In this document: one piece after another, positions 1-8,720 of the stretch
Layout of the letters: every line of letters begins with the position of its first letter
Numbering within the stretch: position 1 is the stretch's first letter
DNA from: Vicinamibacteria bacterium
GTDB lineage: Bacteria > Acidobacteriota > Vicinamibacteria > Marinacidobacterales > Marinacidobacteraceae
NCBI GenBank assembly: GCA_965115855.1
Contig: OZ220470.1
Coordinates: 975,385-1,039,384 of the forward strand
Direction of reading: 5' to 3'
Length of the DNA: 64,000 nucleotides
Made by a program: the position numbers and the translations under genes
Notes under the pieces: generated by a model
Database searches by the model: none
The model's input: the letters and a program-made list of their open reading frames with translations, nothing else
What the model was told of the DNA's origin: nothing

Positions 1-10
1 TCTCTTTTGC

Positions 11-259
11 GTGTTTTTAGGCACTTTCGGGGCACATAGGTTCTATATGCGGCAATTTGGTTTGGGGACTGCTTACTTGATCATTTCGACCTTAGGTTTT
101 ATCCTTGTATTCATTCCCACCGTCGTCATGTCCTGCATCGCCTTTGTGGAGATATTCCTGATGACGGGCCGTGTGAAGCAATACAACGCCGAACGCTTGC
201 GTGAAGCCGTCGCAGAAATCAAGCAGATGCGCCAACTCTCAAATGAGCCTGTTGGATAG
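11..259 (+). CDS. TM2 domain-containing membrane protein. It may begin upstream of the window or at the GTG at 11. Lower GC (about 47%) than the rest of the window.
   Basis: The translation MFLGTFGAHRFYMRQFGLGTAYLIISTLGFILVF shows the GxHRFY TM2-domain signature, with two predicted TM helices. No in-frame stop lies between position 2 and 11. Confidence 0.55.
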   Translation: MFLGTFGAHRFYMRQFGLGTAYLIISTLGFILVFIPTVVMSCIAFVEIFLMTGRVKQYNAERLREAVAEIKQMRQLSNEPVG

Positions 260-533
260 CTACAGCGGAATCTGGGTGGATCCGATTGGCGGAAGTCGTT
301 TCCGAGCTCGATCACGGGATTTTCCGCCATTCCGCATGTGCAGTCGCTCGCCCGAAACCGAGACCGCCAGTGCTCAGTGGGCATGCCGACACACGCACTT
401 TTCCGAAGCGATACATCGTGACGCTTGGGGCGTCACCTCCCTCGTGCCGAAGCTGGTGCGTGTGTGTGTGTTGGTCCGGGTCGGCTTTCGACCGGTCGGC
501 GCCAGGGAGGTCGTCCGGTTCGGACTGACCCTT

Positions 534-555
534 CCGTGACCGGCGCCGGTCACGG
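534..555. terminator. Perfect 22-bp palindrome (ccgtgaccggcgccggtcacgg) followed by further GC-rich inverted repeats. It is probably a bidirectional terminator between the convergent TM2 gene and the thiolase gene.
   Basis: Seen directly in the sequence, in a convergent intergenic position (259..650). Confidence 0.35.
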
Positions 556-649
556 GGGGCCGCCCGGCTTCCTCCACCCCGGCGGGGGCGTCACGGCGGA
601 CCAAGCCGCCCCCGCGGGTGGCGATGCCCCCCCGGACGACGGGCGGCGG

Positions 650-1831
650 TCAGGCGCCGAGGTTCTCGAACAACGCCGCGACCCCCATCCCGCCGCTCAC
701 GCACAACGTTGCGATCCCGTAGCGTACCGACCGGCGGTGCATCTCGGCGAGCAGGGTCACCACGATCCGTGCTCCGCTCGCCCCGATGGGATGTCCGAGG
801 GCGATCGCGCCGCCGTTCACGTTGAGGCGCTCCCCATCCAGATCGAGATCCCGCGCGCAAGCGAGCACCTGCGGGGCGAACGCCTCGTTCAGTTCCACGA
901 GCGCCACCTCCCGCAGGGGGACTCCGCTCCGTTGCACCAGGCGCCGCACGGCCGGAACCGGGCCGATTCCCATCACCCGCGGGTCCACTCCGGCGACCGC
1001 GTGCGCCACCAGCCTCGCCGACGGACGAACGCCGCGCGTTCGCGCCGCTTCGCCGGACAGCACCACCATCGCCGCCGCGCCGTCGGTGATGCCGCAGGAA
1101 TTGCCGGCGTGCACCACGCCGCCCTTGCGAAACGACGGAGGGAGCGAAGCCAGCTTCTCCGCCGTAACCCCGTCGCGCGGGTGTTCGTCGCGCACCAGCT
1201 CCGTCCCGCCAACGCGCACCGGAACCAGCTCGGTGTCGAATCGGCCCGCCTGGCGGGCGGCTTCCGCCCGCTGCTGGCTCCGAGCCGCGTACCGGTCGCA
1301 CTCCGGACGCCCGAGGGCATACCGGTCGGCAAGTGTTTCGGCGGTTCCCCCCATGAGCTCATCGGCGAGCGGACAGTGGAATCCGTCCCGAACCATGCCG
1401 TCGAGCAGCTTCCGGCTCCCGAACCCGCCGCCAAAACGAACGTCGGGCAGCAGGTAGGGAGTGTTGCTCATGCTCTCCACCCCTCCCGCGAGCACCACTT
1501 CCGCTTCGCCGAGCCGGATGGAGGCTGCCGCATCAAGGATGGCGCGGAGACCCGAGGCGCAGGCCTGGTTGACCGTCCGCGCCGGAACCTCGTCGGGAGT
1601 TCCGGCCTGTCGTCCGATCTGGCGGGCCGGATTCGGGCCGACTCCGGCCTGACGGGCGTTTCCGAAGATGACCTCGTCCACTTCCCCGGCGCCGATGCCA
1701 GCGGCGTCGAGCGCGGCGCGGCCGGCGATCCCGCCGAGTTCGGGTGCGGTGAGCGGCGCGAGCGCTCCGCCGAAACGGCCGATGGGAGTGCGCCGGGCGC
1801 CGGCGAGCACCACCTCAGGCGCGGCGGACAT
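650..1831 (-). CDS. Acetyl-CoA C-acyltransferase (thiolase II family). It is likely the beta-ketoadipyl-CoA/3-oxoacyl-CoA thiolase of the box pathway.
   Basis: The 393-aa product carries thiolase motifs (NQACASGL, GNSCGITDGAAA, NVNGGAIALGHPIGASG). It lies immediately downstream of boxB on the same strand. Confidence 0.9.
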   Translation of the reverse strand: MSAAPEVVLAGARRTPIGRFGGALAPLTAPELGGIAGRAALDAAGIGAGEVDEVIFGNARQAGVGPNPARQIGRQAGTPDEVPARTVNQACASGLRAILDAAASIRLGEAEVVLAGGVESMSNTPYLLPDVRFGGGFGSRKLLDGMVRDGFHCPLADELMGGTAETLADRYALGRPECDRYAARSQQRAEAARQAGRFDTELVPVRVGGTELVRDEHPRDGVTAEKLASLPPSFRKGGVVHAGNSCGITDGAAAMVVLSGEAARTRGVRPSARLVAHAVAGVDPRVMGIGPVPAVRRLVQRSGVPLREVALVELNEAFAPQVLACARDLDLDGERLNVNGGAIALGHPIGASGARIVVTLLAEMHRRSVRYGIATLCVSGGMGVAALFENLGA

Positions 1832-3242
1832 ACTCGAAGTCCACCGGCTTCCCGTGGACTCCCTGGTTCGGTGCGGCGATCCAGCTCGCCATCTCGCCCG
1901 GCCCGGTCGCCGGAACCATGAGGCGCCTCGTGTACGCGCGGTCCGCCCCGGTGGGCAACCACTCGTTCTGCTTCCGATCCCATTCGGCGGCGGTCAGCAT
2001 CCGGCCGACCGGGTCGAAGGGAACCCCCGCATACACGCCGATCCGGCGATGGAACCGGCGGCTGGGAAGACGAAGCCGATCCGGCAGTCCGGCCTTCTCC
2101 AGGATCCGGTTCCAGCGCGCCACTCCGCGCTCGCAGTCCCGGATGTAGTCGTCGCGGAGCACCTCGTTCATGGCGTTCCAAAGGGGCGTCTCCCGATCCA
2201 CCAGCCGATCCCCCTCCGGCACCGGGATGATGCGAACCCCATCGGCAGCCGCCGGATCGTCGCGGGTGGCCTCCCGCGCCCGCCCCTTCAGCCCGTTCGC
2301 ATGGTAGTTCGCGGCATTCGATGATATTTCGGCGCCGAAGAGGTCGAGCGAGGCACTGAACCAGAAGTTGATGTGCCGCTGCAACAGCTCCAGATCGAAG
2401 GCGCCCGACGCCCGCGGATCCCGCCCCTCGGCGAGCAGGTCCACGATGCGCTGGACGACCCGGGCGATCCCCCGCTCGCCCACCGACATGTGGAACGCCT
2501 CCTCGGTCAGCATGAACCGGGTGGTGCGGGACAGCGGATCGAAGGCGCTCTCGGCCAGCGCCAACAGCTGATACTTCCCGTCGCGGTCGGTGAACATCGT
2601 GAACAGGAAGAAGTTGAGCCAGTCGTCGCACGGCTCGTTGAAAGCCTGCAGGATGCGGGGACGGTCCGGGTCGCCGCTCGTCCGCTCGAGCAGCGCCTCC
2701 GCCTCCTCACGCCCGTCCCGCCCGAAATGGGAGTGGAGCAGGTAGACCATCGCCCACAGGTGCCGGCCCTCCTCGACGTTCACCTGGAACAGGTTGCGGA
2801 GGTCGTACTGGCTGGGCGCGGTCTTCCCGAGCTGGCGCTGCTGCTCGACGCTCGCGGGTTCGGTGTCCCCCTGGGTCACGATCAGCCGCCGGAGGTTGGT
2901 GCGGAACTCCCCGGGGACTTCCTGCCATACCGGCTCGCCGGCGAAGTCGCCGAAGCCGATCCGCCGGTCCGGCTCCGAAGGCGCCAGGAAGATGCCCCAC
3001 CGGTATTCCGGCATCCGCACGAAGTCGAAGTGCGCCCATCCGGAAGGCTCCACCGAGACCGCGGTGCGCAGGTACACGTCGTCGGAGCGGAAGCCGTCCG
3101 GACCCATCTTCCTCCACCAGTCGAGAAAGGCGGGGCGCCAATGCATCAGGGCGCGCTTGAGGCGCCGGTCGGCCGACAGGGCGACGTTGTTGGGGATGCG
3201 CTCGTCGAGTTCGGACACGGGAGACTCCTCAGCAGGTGGCAA
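1815..3242 (-). CDS. boxB: Benzoyl-CoA 2,3-epoxidase (oxygenase) subunit B.
   Basis: The 475-aa diiron-oxygenase-like protein has high apparent similarity to BoxB (e.g. ALMHWRPAFLDWWRKMGPDGF, TEEAFHMSVGERG). It is adjacent to boxC. Confidence 0.8.
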   Translation of the reverse strand: MPPAEESPVSELDERIPNNVALSADRRLKRALMHWRPAFLDWWRKMGPDGFRSDDVYLRTAVSVEPSGWAHFDFVRMPEYRWGIFLAPSEPDRRIGFGDFAGEPVWQEVPGEFRTNLRRLIVTQGDTEPASVEQQRQLGKTAPSQYDLRNLFQVNVEEGRHLWAMVYLLHSHFGRDGREEAEALLERTSGDPDRPRILQAFNEPCDDWLNFFLFTMFTDRDGKYQLLALAESAFDPLSRTTRFMLTEEAFHMSVGERGIARVVQRIVDLLAEGRDPRASGAFDLELLQRHINFWFSASLDLFGAEISSNAANYHANGLKGRAREATRDDPAAADGVRIIPVPEGDRLVDRETPLWNAMNEVLRDDYIRDCERGVARWNRILEKAGLPDRLRLPSRRFHRRIGVYAGVPFDPVGRMLTAAEWDRKQNEWLPTGADRAYTRRLMVPATGPGEMASWIAAPNQGVHGKPVDFEYVRRA

Positions 3243-3248
3243 ACGCCA

Positions 3249-4889
3249 TCAGGTTCTTTCCCAATCGAAGCGCGCGGCAGTCGGCTTTCCATACCCGGTG
3301 AGCGCCCCGCGCTCGCCGGTGGCGTTCGGGCGCTGGAAGATCCAGTTCTGCCACGCGGAGAGTCGTCCGAAGATCTTGGTTTCCAGGGTCTCCGGCCCGA
3401 CAAACCGCAGCGAGGATTCCATCCCGGTGAGGGCGTCGGGAGAGAGGGCCGCCCGCTCCTCGACGGCCACCCGGATCTCCTCCTCCCAGTCCAGATCATC
3501 GGGAGCGAAGGTGGCGAGTCCTTCGCGCTCGGCCTCGCCGGCAACGAGGCGCCCGGTTTTCCGAAGCGCTGCCACCCGCTCCGGCGCCCCGAGGAACCGG
3601 CTGGCCAGCCGACTGAGGCCGTTCCCCATCGGATAGGCGCCGAAGTTGACGCCTGTCAGTTCCACTCCCGCCGGATCGTCGGGGTCGTCGCACAGGTACG
3701 TGCGGTCCGCGGCCAACAGCAACTCGGCGAGCGTGCCGCAAAAGACCGCACCGGAGGCGGCGACGGCGAAAAAACTGCGCGCCGTCTGATCCAGTCGGCG
3801 AAACGTTCGGGCCAGCCTCCACCGGGCCTCGTCCGCAAGCCACGCGCCCTCGAGCGCCGCCAGGCGGGAATCGGCCTCCCGAACCGCATCGGGATCGCCG
3901 GCGGGCTTGACCCGGATGACGCCGATCTCCGGCTGGTGGAAACGCAGGCGCAACAGCGCGTCGTCCAGTTCACGCGCCATGCGCAGATGCCAGAGCCCGG
4001 CGCCGGCGGCGCGGAGCGCCTCCGAAGAATCCGGCTGGGGATCCTCGGGCGCCCGAATGACGAGATCGGCGGTGCGCGCGGTCCGATCCCATTCGAGGTC
4101 CACATGGCGGTAGCGGACGCGCCCCTCGGACTCCTCGGGGTCCAACGGTTCGAGCCGAATGCCGACATCGGCGCGCGCCGGGGACGCCGCGGCCAGCGCC
4201 GCCGCCCGCTCGCCGACGAGACGGTCGAAGGAGCTTCGCGATGCCACGTGGTCCACCAGGCCCCAGCGCAGCGCGCGACGGCCCCGCACCCCCTCGGCGA
4301 GGGTGGCGAACGCGTCCGCCCGATCACGCCGCACCTTCCGCTTGTCCACCAGACGGGTCAGGCCGCCGGTTCCGGGAAGCACGCCGAGGAGCGGCACTTC
4401 GGGGAGCGAGACGCCGGAACTGCCGTCGTCAACCAGCAGGATCTCGTCGGCGGCAAGCGCCAGCTCGTATCCTCCGCCGGCGGTGACCCCGGAGAGGGCG
4501 GCGAGATACCGCTGGCCACTTCGTGCGCTCGCATCCTCGATGCCGAGTCGGGTCTCGTTGGTGAACTTGCAGAAATTGACCTTGAACCCGTGCGAGGCTC
4601 CGGCGAGCATGAAAATGTTGGCGCCCGAAGAGAAGATGCGCGGCATGCGGCTCTTGAGAACGACCGCCCGGACCTTCGGGTGCTCGAAGCGCAGCCGTTC
4701 GACCGCATCCGCGAGTTCGATGTCCACGCCAAGGTCGTAGCTGTTGAGCTTCAGCCGGTAACCGGGACGAAGCCCGCCGTCCTCGTCCACCAGCAACCCC
4801 AGTTCGGCCACCGGCCCCCGAACGTCGAGGGTCCAGTGCCGGTACCGGGAGGGTTCGGTCTCGAACCGGATCGGGGAAAGCGCGGACAT
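3249..4889 (-). CDS. boxC: 2,3-epoxybenzoyl-CoA dihydrolase (benzoyl-CoA-dihydrodiol lyase), crotonase-fold.
   Basis: About 547 aa, starting at MSALSPIRFE. The upstream ORF extension is Arg/Ala-rich junk. The crotonase-family motifs and overall length are typical of BoxC. Confidence 0.75.
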   Translation of the reverse strand: MSALSPIRFETEPSRYRHWTLDVRGPVAELGLLVDEDGGLRPGYRLKLNSYDLGVDIELADAVERLRFEHPKVRAVVLKSRMPRIFSSGANIFMLAGASHGFKVNFCKFTNETRLGIEDASARSGQRYLAALSGVTAGGGYELALAADEILLVDDGSSGVSLPEVPLLGVLPGTGGLTRLVDKRKVRRDRADAFATLAEGVRGRRALRWGLVDHVASRSSFDRLVGERAAALAAASPARADVGIRLEPLDPEESEGRVRYRHVDLEWDRTARTADLVIRAPEDPQPDSSEALRAAGAGLWHLRMARELDDALLRLRFHQPEIGVIRVKPAGDPDAVREADSRLAALEGAWLADEARWRLARTFRRLDQTARSFFAVAASGAVFCGTLAELLLAADRTYLCDDPDDPAGVELTGVNFGAYPMGNGLSRLASRFLGAPERVAALRKTGRLVAGEAEREGLATFAPDDLDWEEEIRVAVEERAALSPDALTGMESSLRFVGPETLETKIFGRLSAWQNWIFQRPNATGERGALTGYGKPTAARFDWERT

Positions 4890-4950
4890 TGCGGAATTAT
4901 GGCGTTTCGGGGTTTCGAGGCCGGCCGGCTCACGGTGGAATAATCGGCGG

Positions 4951-6906
4951 ATGCCGGAAGTCGCGCGGAGACGGACCGGCAACCGGTGGGCGCGCGCCGG
5001 CGCCCTCGCTCTCGCCGCCCTCCTGATTGCCGCACAGCCGCCGAACCAGTTCATCGAGCCCGATGCGCGGCTGGAGCTCGGGACGGCCCTCGCCCTCCCG
5101 CGAACGCTCGACTACGACATCGCGCCGGACGGACGGCGGGTGGTGCTCTCGGTGGCGATGCGGAACCGGGCGGTGCTGTTCCTGACCGCTCCCGGCGCCA
5201 CTCCCGGAATTCTGACCGGAGGGCGGCGGTGGGACACATCTCCCCGCTTCCTGCCCGACGGGACCACGGTGGTGTTCGTCGCCGGACGCCGTCCGCGGGG
5301 AGACGATCCGGCGGTCGGGGCGCTCCATCGGATGCCGCTCGGCGGGACTCCGGAGCGACTGACGCCGGAGGGGCTCGAGGCCCGGGAACCGGCAGTGGCC
5401 CCGGACGGCGAACGGGTGGCGTTTCTCGGCCGCGACCGGGAGACCCGACCCGAAGCCGGGTTCGATGTCTGGATCACGGGCGGGGGAGAGACCCGGCGAC
5501 TCACCGGGGCGCCGGGGGACGAGGGCGCCCCTGTCTGGTCGCCCGACGGGTCCCGCATCGCCACGGCGATGGAGACCGACGAGCACCGGATGCTCGCCGT
5601 GGTTCCGGCGGCGGGCGGCGACCCGGTGTTTCTCGCCGAAGATCCCAGCGGGCCGGCCGCCTGGACCCCGGACGGGAACAGCTTGGTCTGGGCCGGTCCG
5701 TGGGACGGTTTCGACGCTCTCCTCCAACGGGACGCGCAAGCGGTCGGTCCGATCCGGCCGCTGGTCACGGAGGACCGGGACCTCGGACAACCCGCCTTTC
5801 GCCCGACCGGCGCGGAACCGGAGCTGGCCTGGATCGAAGCGGATCGGGGCGACTATCGGATCCACCGTTCCCCGGTCGAACCGCACCCCGACGGCGGATG
5901 GCGAATCACCGGACGCGCCCGCCCCCTGCATCGGGGAGGCGGGGTCCATGACCGCCTCCGGTGGACCAACGACGGCGAGGCCCTGGCGGCGCTCTTCGAG
6001 TCTTCCGCCTTCCCGCGGGACGTGTGGGTGTTTCCCCGGGCCGGCGGACGGGAACGCATGAGTGACACCATCTTTCCCGATCTCGACGTCCGGGCCTTCG
6101 CGCGGCCGGAACGGATCGAGGGGGCGGAGGCCGACGGGTTCCTCCACCGGCCGGTGGGAATGGATGCCGAGGCGCCGCTCGTCGTCTACCTGACCGGAAC
6201 CGACGGCGTGGCCTCCCGGAACGGATTTTCGCCCCTGATCCAGCTACTCGCGGTAGAGGGGTACGCCGTCCTCGCCCCCACCCTCCCCGGCGGCGACGGG
6301 CGCGGGCAGCGGTTCCGCGACCGGAACGACCGGGACTGGGGAGGCGCCGATCGGGATGCGCTGGCAGCGATGACCCGGCTCGTCCTCGAACAGCCCGGAA
6401 TCGCCGACCGCGCCTGCGTGTTCGGCGTTCACTATGGCGGATTCCTCGCGCTCGCGGCGCTTTCCCGCCATCCGGATCTTTTCGCCTGCGGCATCGAGGC
6501 CATGGGATTCGCCGACCTGCCCGAGCTGTACCGCAACCTCGACCCCGGGCGGCGACAACTGCTCGAACGGGAATTGGGGCCGCTCCGGGGGAATCTGGAG
6601 CTCTACCGGCGACTGTCCCTCCGGGGAGGTGGAGAAACGGTCACCGCGCCGCTGTTGTCATTCCACGGAGAGGAAGTCCCCGAAGCACCGCTCGAGGCGA
6701 AACGCGGATTCCTCGAAGAGCTGCGAAGGCGGCCGCAGTATCCCCTGCTCGACATGTTCTTCCGTCACGACCGGGGTCGCGCGCTCTTTCGATTCGAAAC
6801 CGACCGGATCGCGTACCACGCCTTCCTCGACCGGGTTCTGGAATTCCTCTCCCTCCACTTGCCGAAGTCCCCCGGCGCACAGAACCCGGCCGACGCAGTC
6901 CGGTAG
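4951..6906 (+). CDS. Secreted S9 family serine peptidase (acylaminoacyl-peptidase-like) with an N-terminal TolB/WD40-like beta-propeller.
   Basis: Signal peptide ALALAALLIAAQPP. Propeller repeats of the DG..vvF form. C-terminal alpha/beta hydrolase with GVHYGGFLA (GxSxGG nucleophile elbow). Confidence 0.8.
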   Translation: MPEVARRRTGNRWARAGALALAALLIAAQPPNQFIEPDARLELGTALALPRTLDYDIAPDGRRVVLSVAMRNRAVLFLTAPGATPGILTGGRRWDTSPRFLPDGTTVVFVAGRRPRGDDPAVGALHRMPLGGTPERLTPEGLEAREPAVAPDGERVAFLGRDRETRPEAGFDVWITGGGETRRLTGAPGDEGAPVWSPDGSRIATAMETDEHRMLAVVPAAGGDPVFLAEDPSGPAAWTPDGNSLVWAGPWDGFDALLQRDAQAVGPIRPLVTEDRDLGQPAFRPTGAEPELAWIEADRGDYRIHRSPVEPHPDGGWRITGRARPLHRGGGVHDRLRWTNDGEALAALFESSAFPRDVWVFPRAGGRERMSDTIFPDLDVRAFARPERIEGAEADGFLHRPVGMDAEAPLVVYLTGTDGVASRNGFSPLIQLLAVEGYAVLAPTLPGGDGRGQRFRDRNDRDWGGADRDALAAMTRLVLEQPGIADRACVFGVHYGGFLALAALSRHPDLFACGIEAMGFADLPELYRNLDPGRRQLLERELGPLRGNLELYRRLSLRGGGETVTAPLLSFHGEEVPEAPLEAKRGFLEELRRRPQYPLLDMFFRHDRGRALFRFETDRIAYHAFLDRVLEFLSLHLPKSPGAQNPADAVR

Positions 6907-7071
6907 CGGCGCCCGGGCGCCTTCGCGACGGAGTGATGTGTGGATTGGCGGAGGAATGGCAGGAAGGGCCCGAACCGGGCGCGGTTCCGCGATCAGTTCC
7001 GGGTCCCGGCTCACTCATCCGCCGCCGTGACGGCCGACCGTAGCAACGGCGAAACGAGAAGCAGCTCCCGT

Positions 7072-7742
7072 CCGCGGCGGCGCTCCACAGCTTCGGCGCT
7101 CCGCAACTTCGACACTCCACAACGTCGGCACTCCACAACGTCGGCGCTCCATAGCGGCGGCACTCCGCAGCGGCGGTGCTCCACAGCTTCGGCGCTCCGC
7201 AACGGCGGTGCTCCACAGCTTCGGCGCTCCGCAGCGGCGGCGCTCCACAGCGGCGGCACTCCACAGCGGCGGCACTCCACAGCGGCGGCACTCCGCAGCG
7301 GCGGCGCTCCGCAGCGGCGGCGCTCCGCAGCTTCGGCGCTCCGCAGCGGCGGCACTCCACAGCGGCGGCACTCCGCAGCGGCGGCACTCCACAGCGGCGG
7401 CACTCCACAGCGGCGGCACTCCACAGCGGCGGCACTCCACAGCGGCGGCACTCCGCAGCGGCGGCGCTCCGCAGCGGCGGCGCTCCGCAGCTTCGGCGCT
7501 CCGCAGCGGCGGCACTCCACAGCGGCGGCACTCCGCAGCGGCGGCACTCCACAGCGGCGGCACTCCACAGCGGCGGCACTCCACAGCGGCGGCACTCCAC
7601 AGCGGCGGCACTCCGCAGCGGCGGCACTCCGCAGCGGCGGCGCTCCGCAGCTTCGGCGCTCCGCAGCTTCGGCGCTCCGCTGCGGCGGCGCTCCGCTGCG
7701 GCGGCGCTCCGCAGCTTCGGCGCTCCGCTGCGTCGGCGCCAC
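7072..7742. repeat. Tandem array of about 42 copies of a 16-bp unit (consensus CAGCGGCGGCACTCCR). The minority variants are CAGCTTCGGCGCTCCG and CAACGTCGGCACTCCA.
   Basis: Direct reading of the sequence. The array sits in the convergent intergenic region between the S9 peptidase gene and lipA. It is why all six frames stay open across 6.6-8.8 kb. Confidence 0.9.
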
Positions 7743-7811
7743 ACCTCCCACCGATCCGATCGACCCGCCTGCCGGAGGGCGGTCTCCCCGATACGAACGG
7801 CTTCCCGCTCG

Positions 7812-8720
7812 TCAGCCCCCGTCCGCTTGCGCGGGGATCTGGTTCGCGGCGTGGTACGAGCTGCGGACCAGCGGTCCGGCCTCGACATGCCGCAGTCCCA
7901 TCGCCCGACCCCGCCGCGCCAGCGCGTCGAACTCGGGAGGCGGGACGAACCGCGCCACCGGCAGGTGCTTCCGCGTCGGCTGGAGATACTGCCCGGCGGT
8001 CAGGATGTCCACCCGGATGTCCACCAGGTCGCGCATCACCTCGTCGAGCTCGCTCTCGGTCTCTCCGAGGCCCAGCATGACACCGGTCTTGGTGATGACA
8101 CCGGAAGACCGACCCTTGGCCCGCGCCAGCAATTCGAGCGAACGCCGGTAGCGGGCGCCGGGTCGGACCCGACGGTAGAGCCGGGGGACGGTCTCGACGT
8201 TGTGGTTCAGGATCTCCGGAGCCTCGTCCATGACCCGGTCGAGGGCCTCGTCGACGCCCTGGAAGTCCGGGATCAGCACCTCGATGGTGGTTCCCGGACA
8301 CCGGGCCCGCACCGCCCGGATGGTGGCCGCGAAGATTCCCGCGCCTCCGTCGGGGAGGTCGTCGCGGTTCACCGAGGTGATCACGGCGTGGCGGAGACCC
8401 ATGACTTCCACCGCCCGGGCGACACGCTCCGGCTCCCCGTGATCGAGCCCCTCCGGCAGACCGGTGGTGACCGCGCAAAAGCCGCACGCCCGGGTGCAAA
8501 CGTCGCCGAGGATCATGAAGGTGGCAGTCCCCTCCCCCCAACACTCGGCCATGTTGGGACAGCGGGCCTCCTCGCAGACGGTATGGAGTTCCTGCTCCCG
8601 GAGCAGCTGCCGGAGCCGCGACCAGGTACCCCCGGAGGGGAGCCGCACCCGCAGCCAGGGAGGACGACGCTCGCTCCCGGACGGATCGGCCGGGACGACC
8701 GGGAGCGGAAGCTCGCTCAA
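7812..8720 (-). CDS. lipA: Lipoyl synthase.
   Basis: Radical-SAM CxxxCxxC motif (CTRACGFC) plus the N-terminal cysteine motif (CEEARCPNMAEC). Typical length of 302 aa. Confidence 0.9.
   Translation of the reverse strand: MSELPLPVVPADPSGSERRPPWLRVRLPSGGTWSRLRQLLREQELHTVCEEARCPNMAECWGEGTATFMILGDVCTRACGFCAVTTGLPEGLDHGEPERVARAVEVMGLRHAVITSVNRDDLPDGGAGIFAATIRAVRARCPGTTIEVLIPDFQGVDEALDRVMDEAPEILNHNVETVPRLYRRVRPGARYRRSLELLARAKGRSSGVITKTGVMLGLGETESELDEVMRDLVDIRVDILTAGQYLQPTRKHLPVARFVPPPEFDALARRGRAMGLRHVEAGPLVRSSYHAANQIPAQADGG

Noticed and set aside
425-2631. ORFs 425..1921 (+) 498 aa, 591..1301 (-) 236 aa and 1468..2631 (-) 387 aa, overlapping the thiolase and boxB genes.
   Set aside because: They are antisense or off-frame to well-supported genes. 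The products are Arg/Ala/Pro/Gly-rich and lack domains, a typical high-GC artefact.
2373-4943. 856-aa ORF on the plus strand spanning boxB and boxC.
   Set aside because: It is antisense to two confidently identified genes. The translation is low-complexity.
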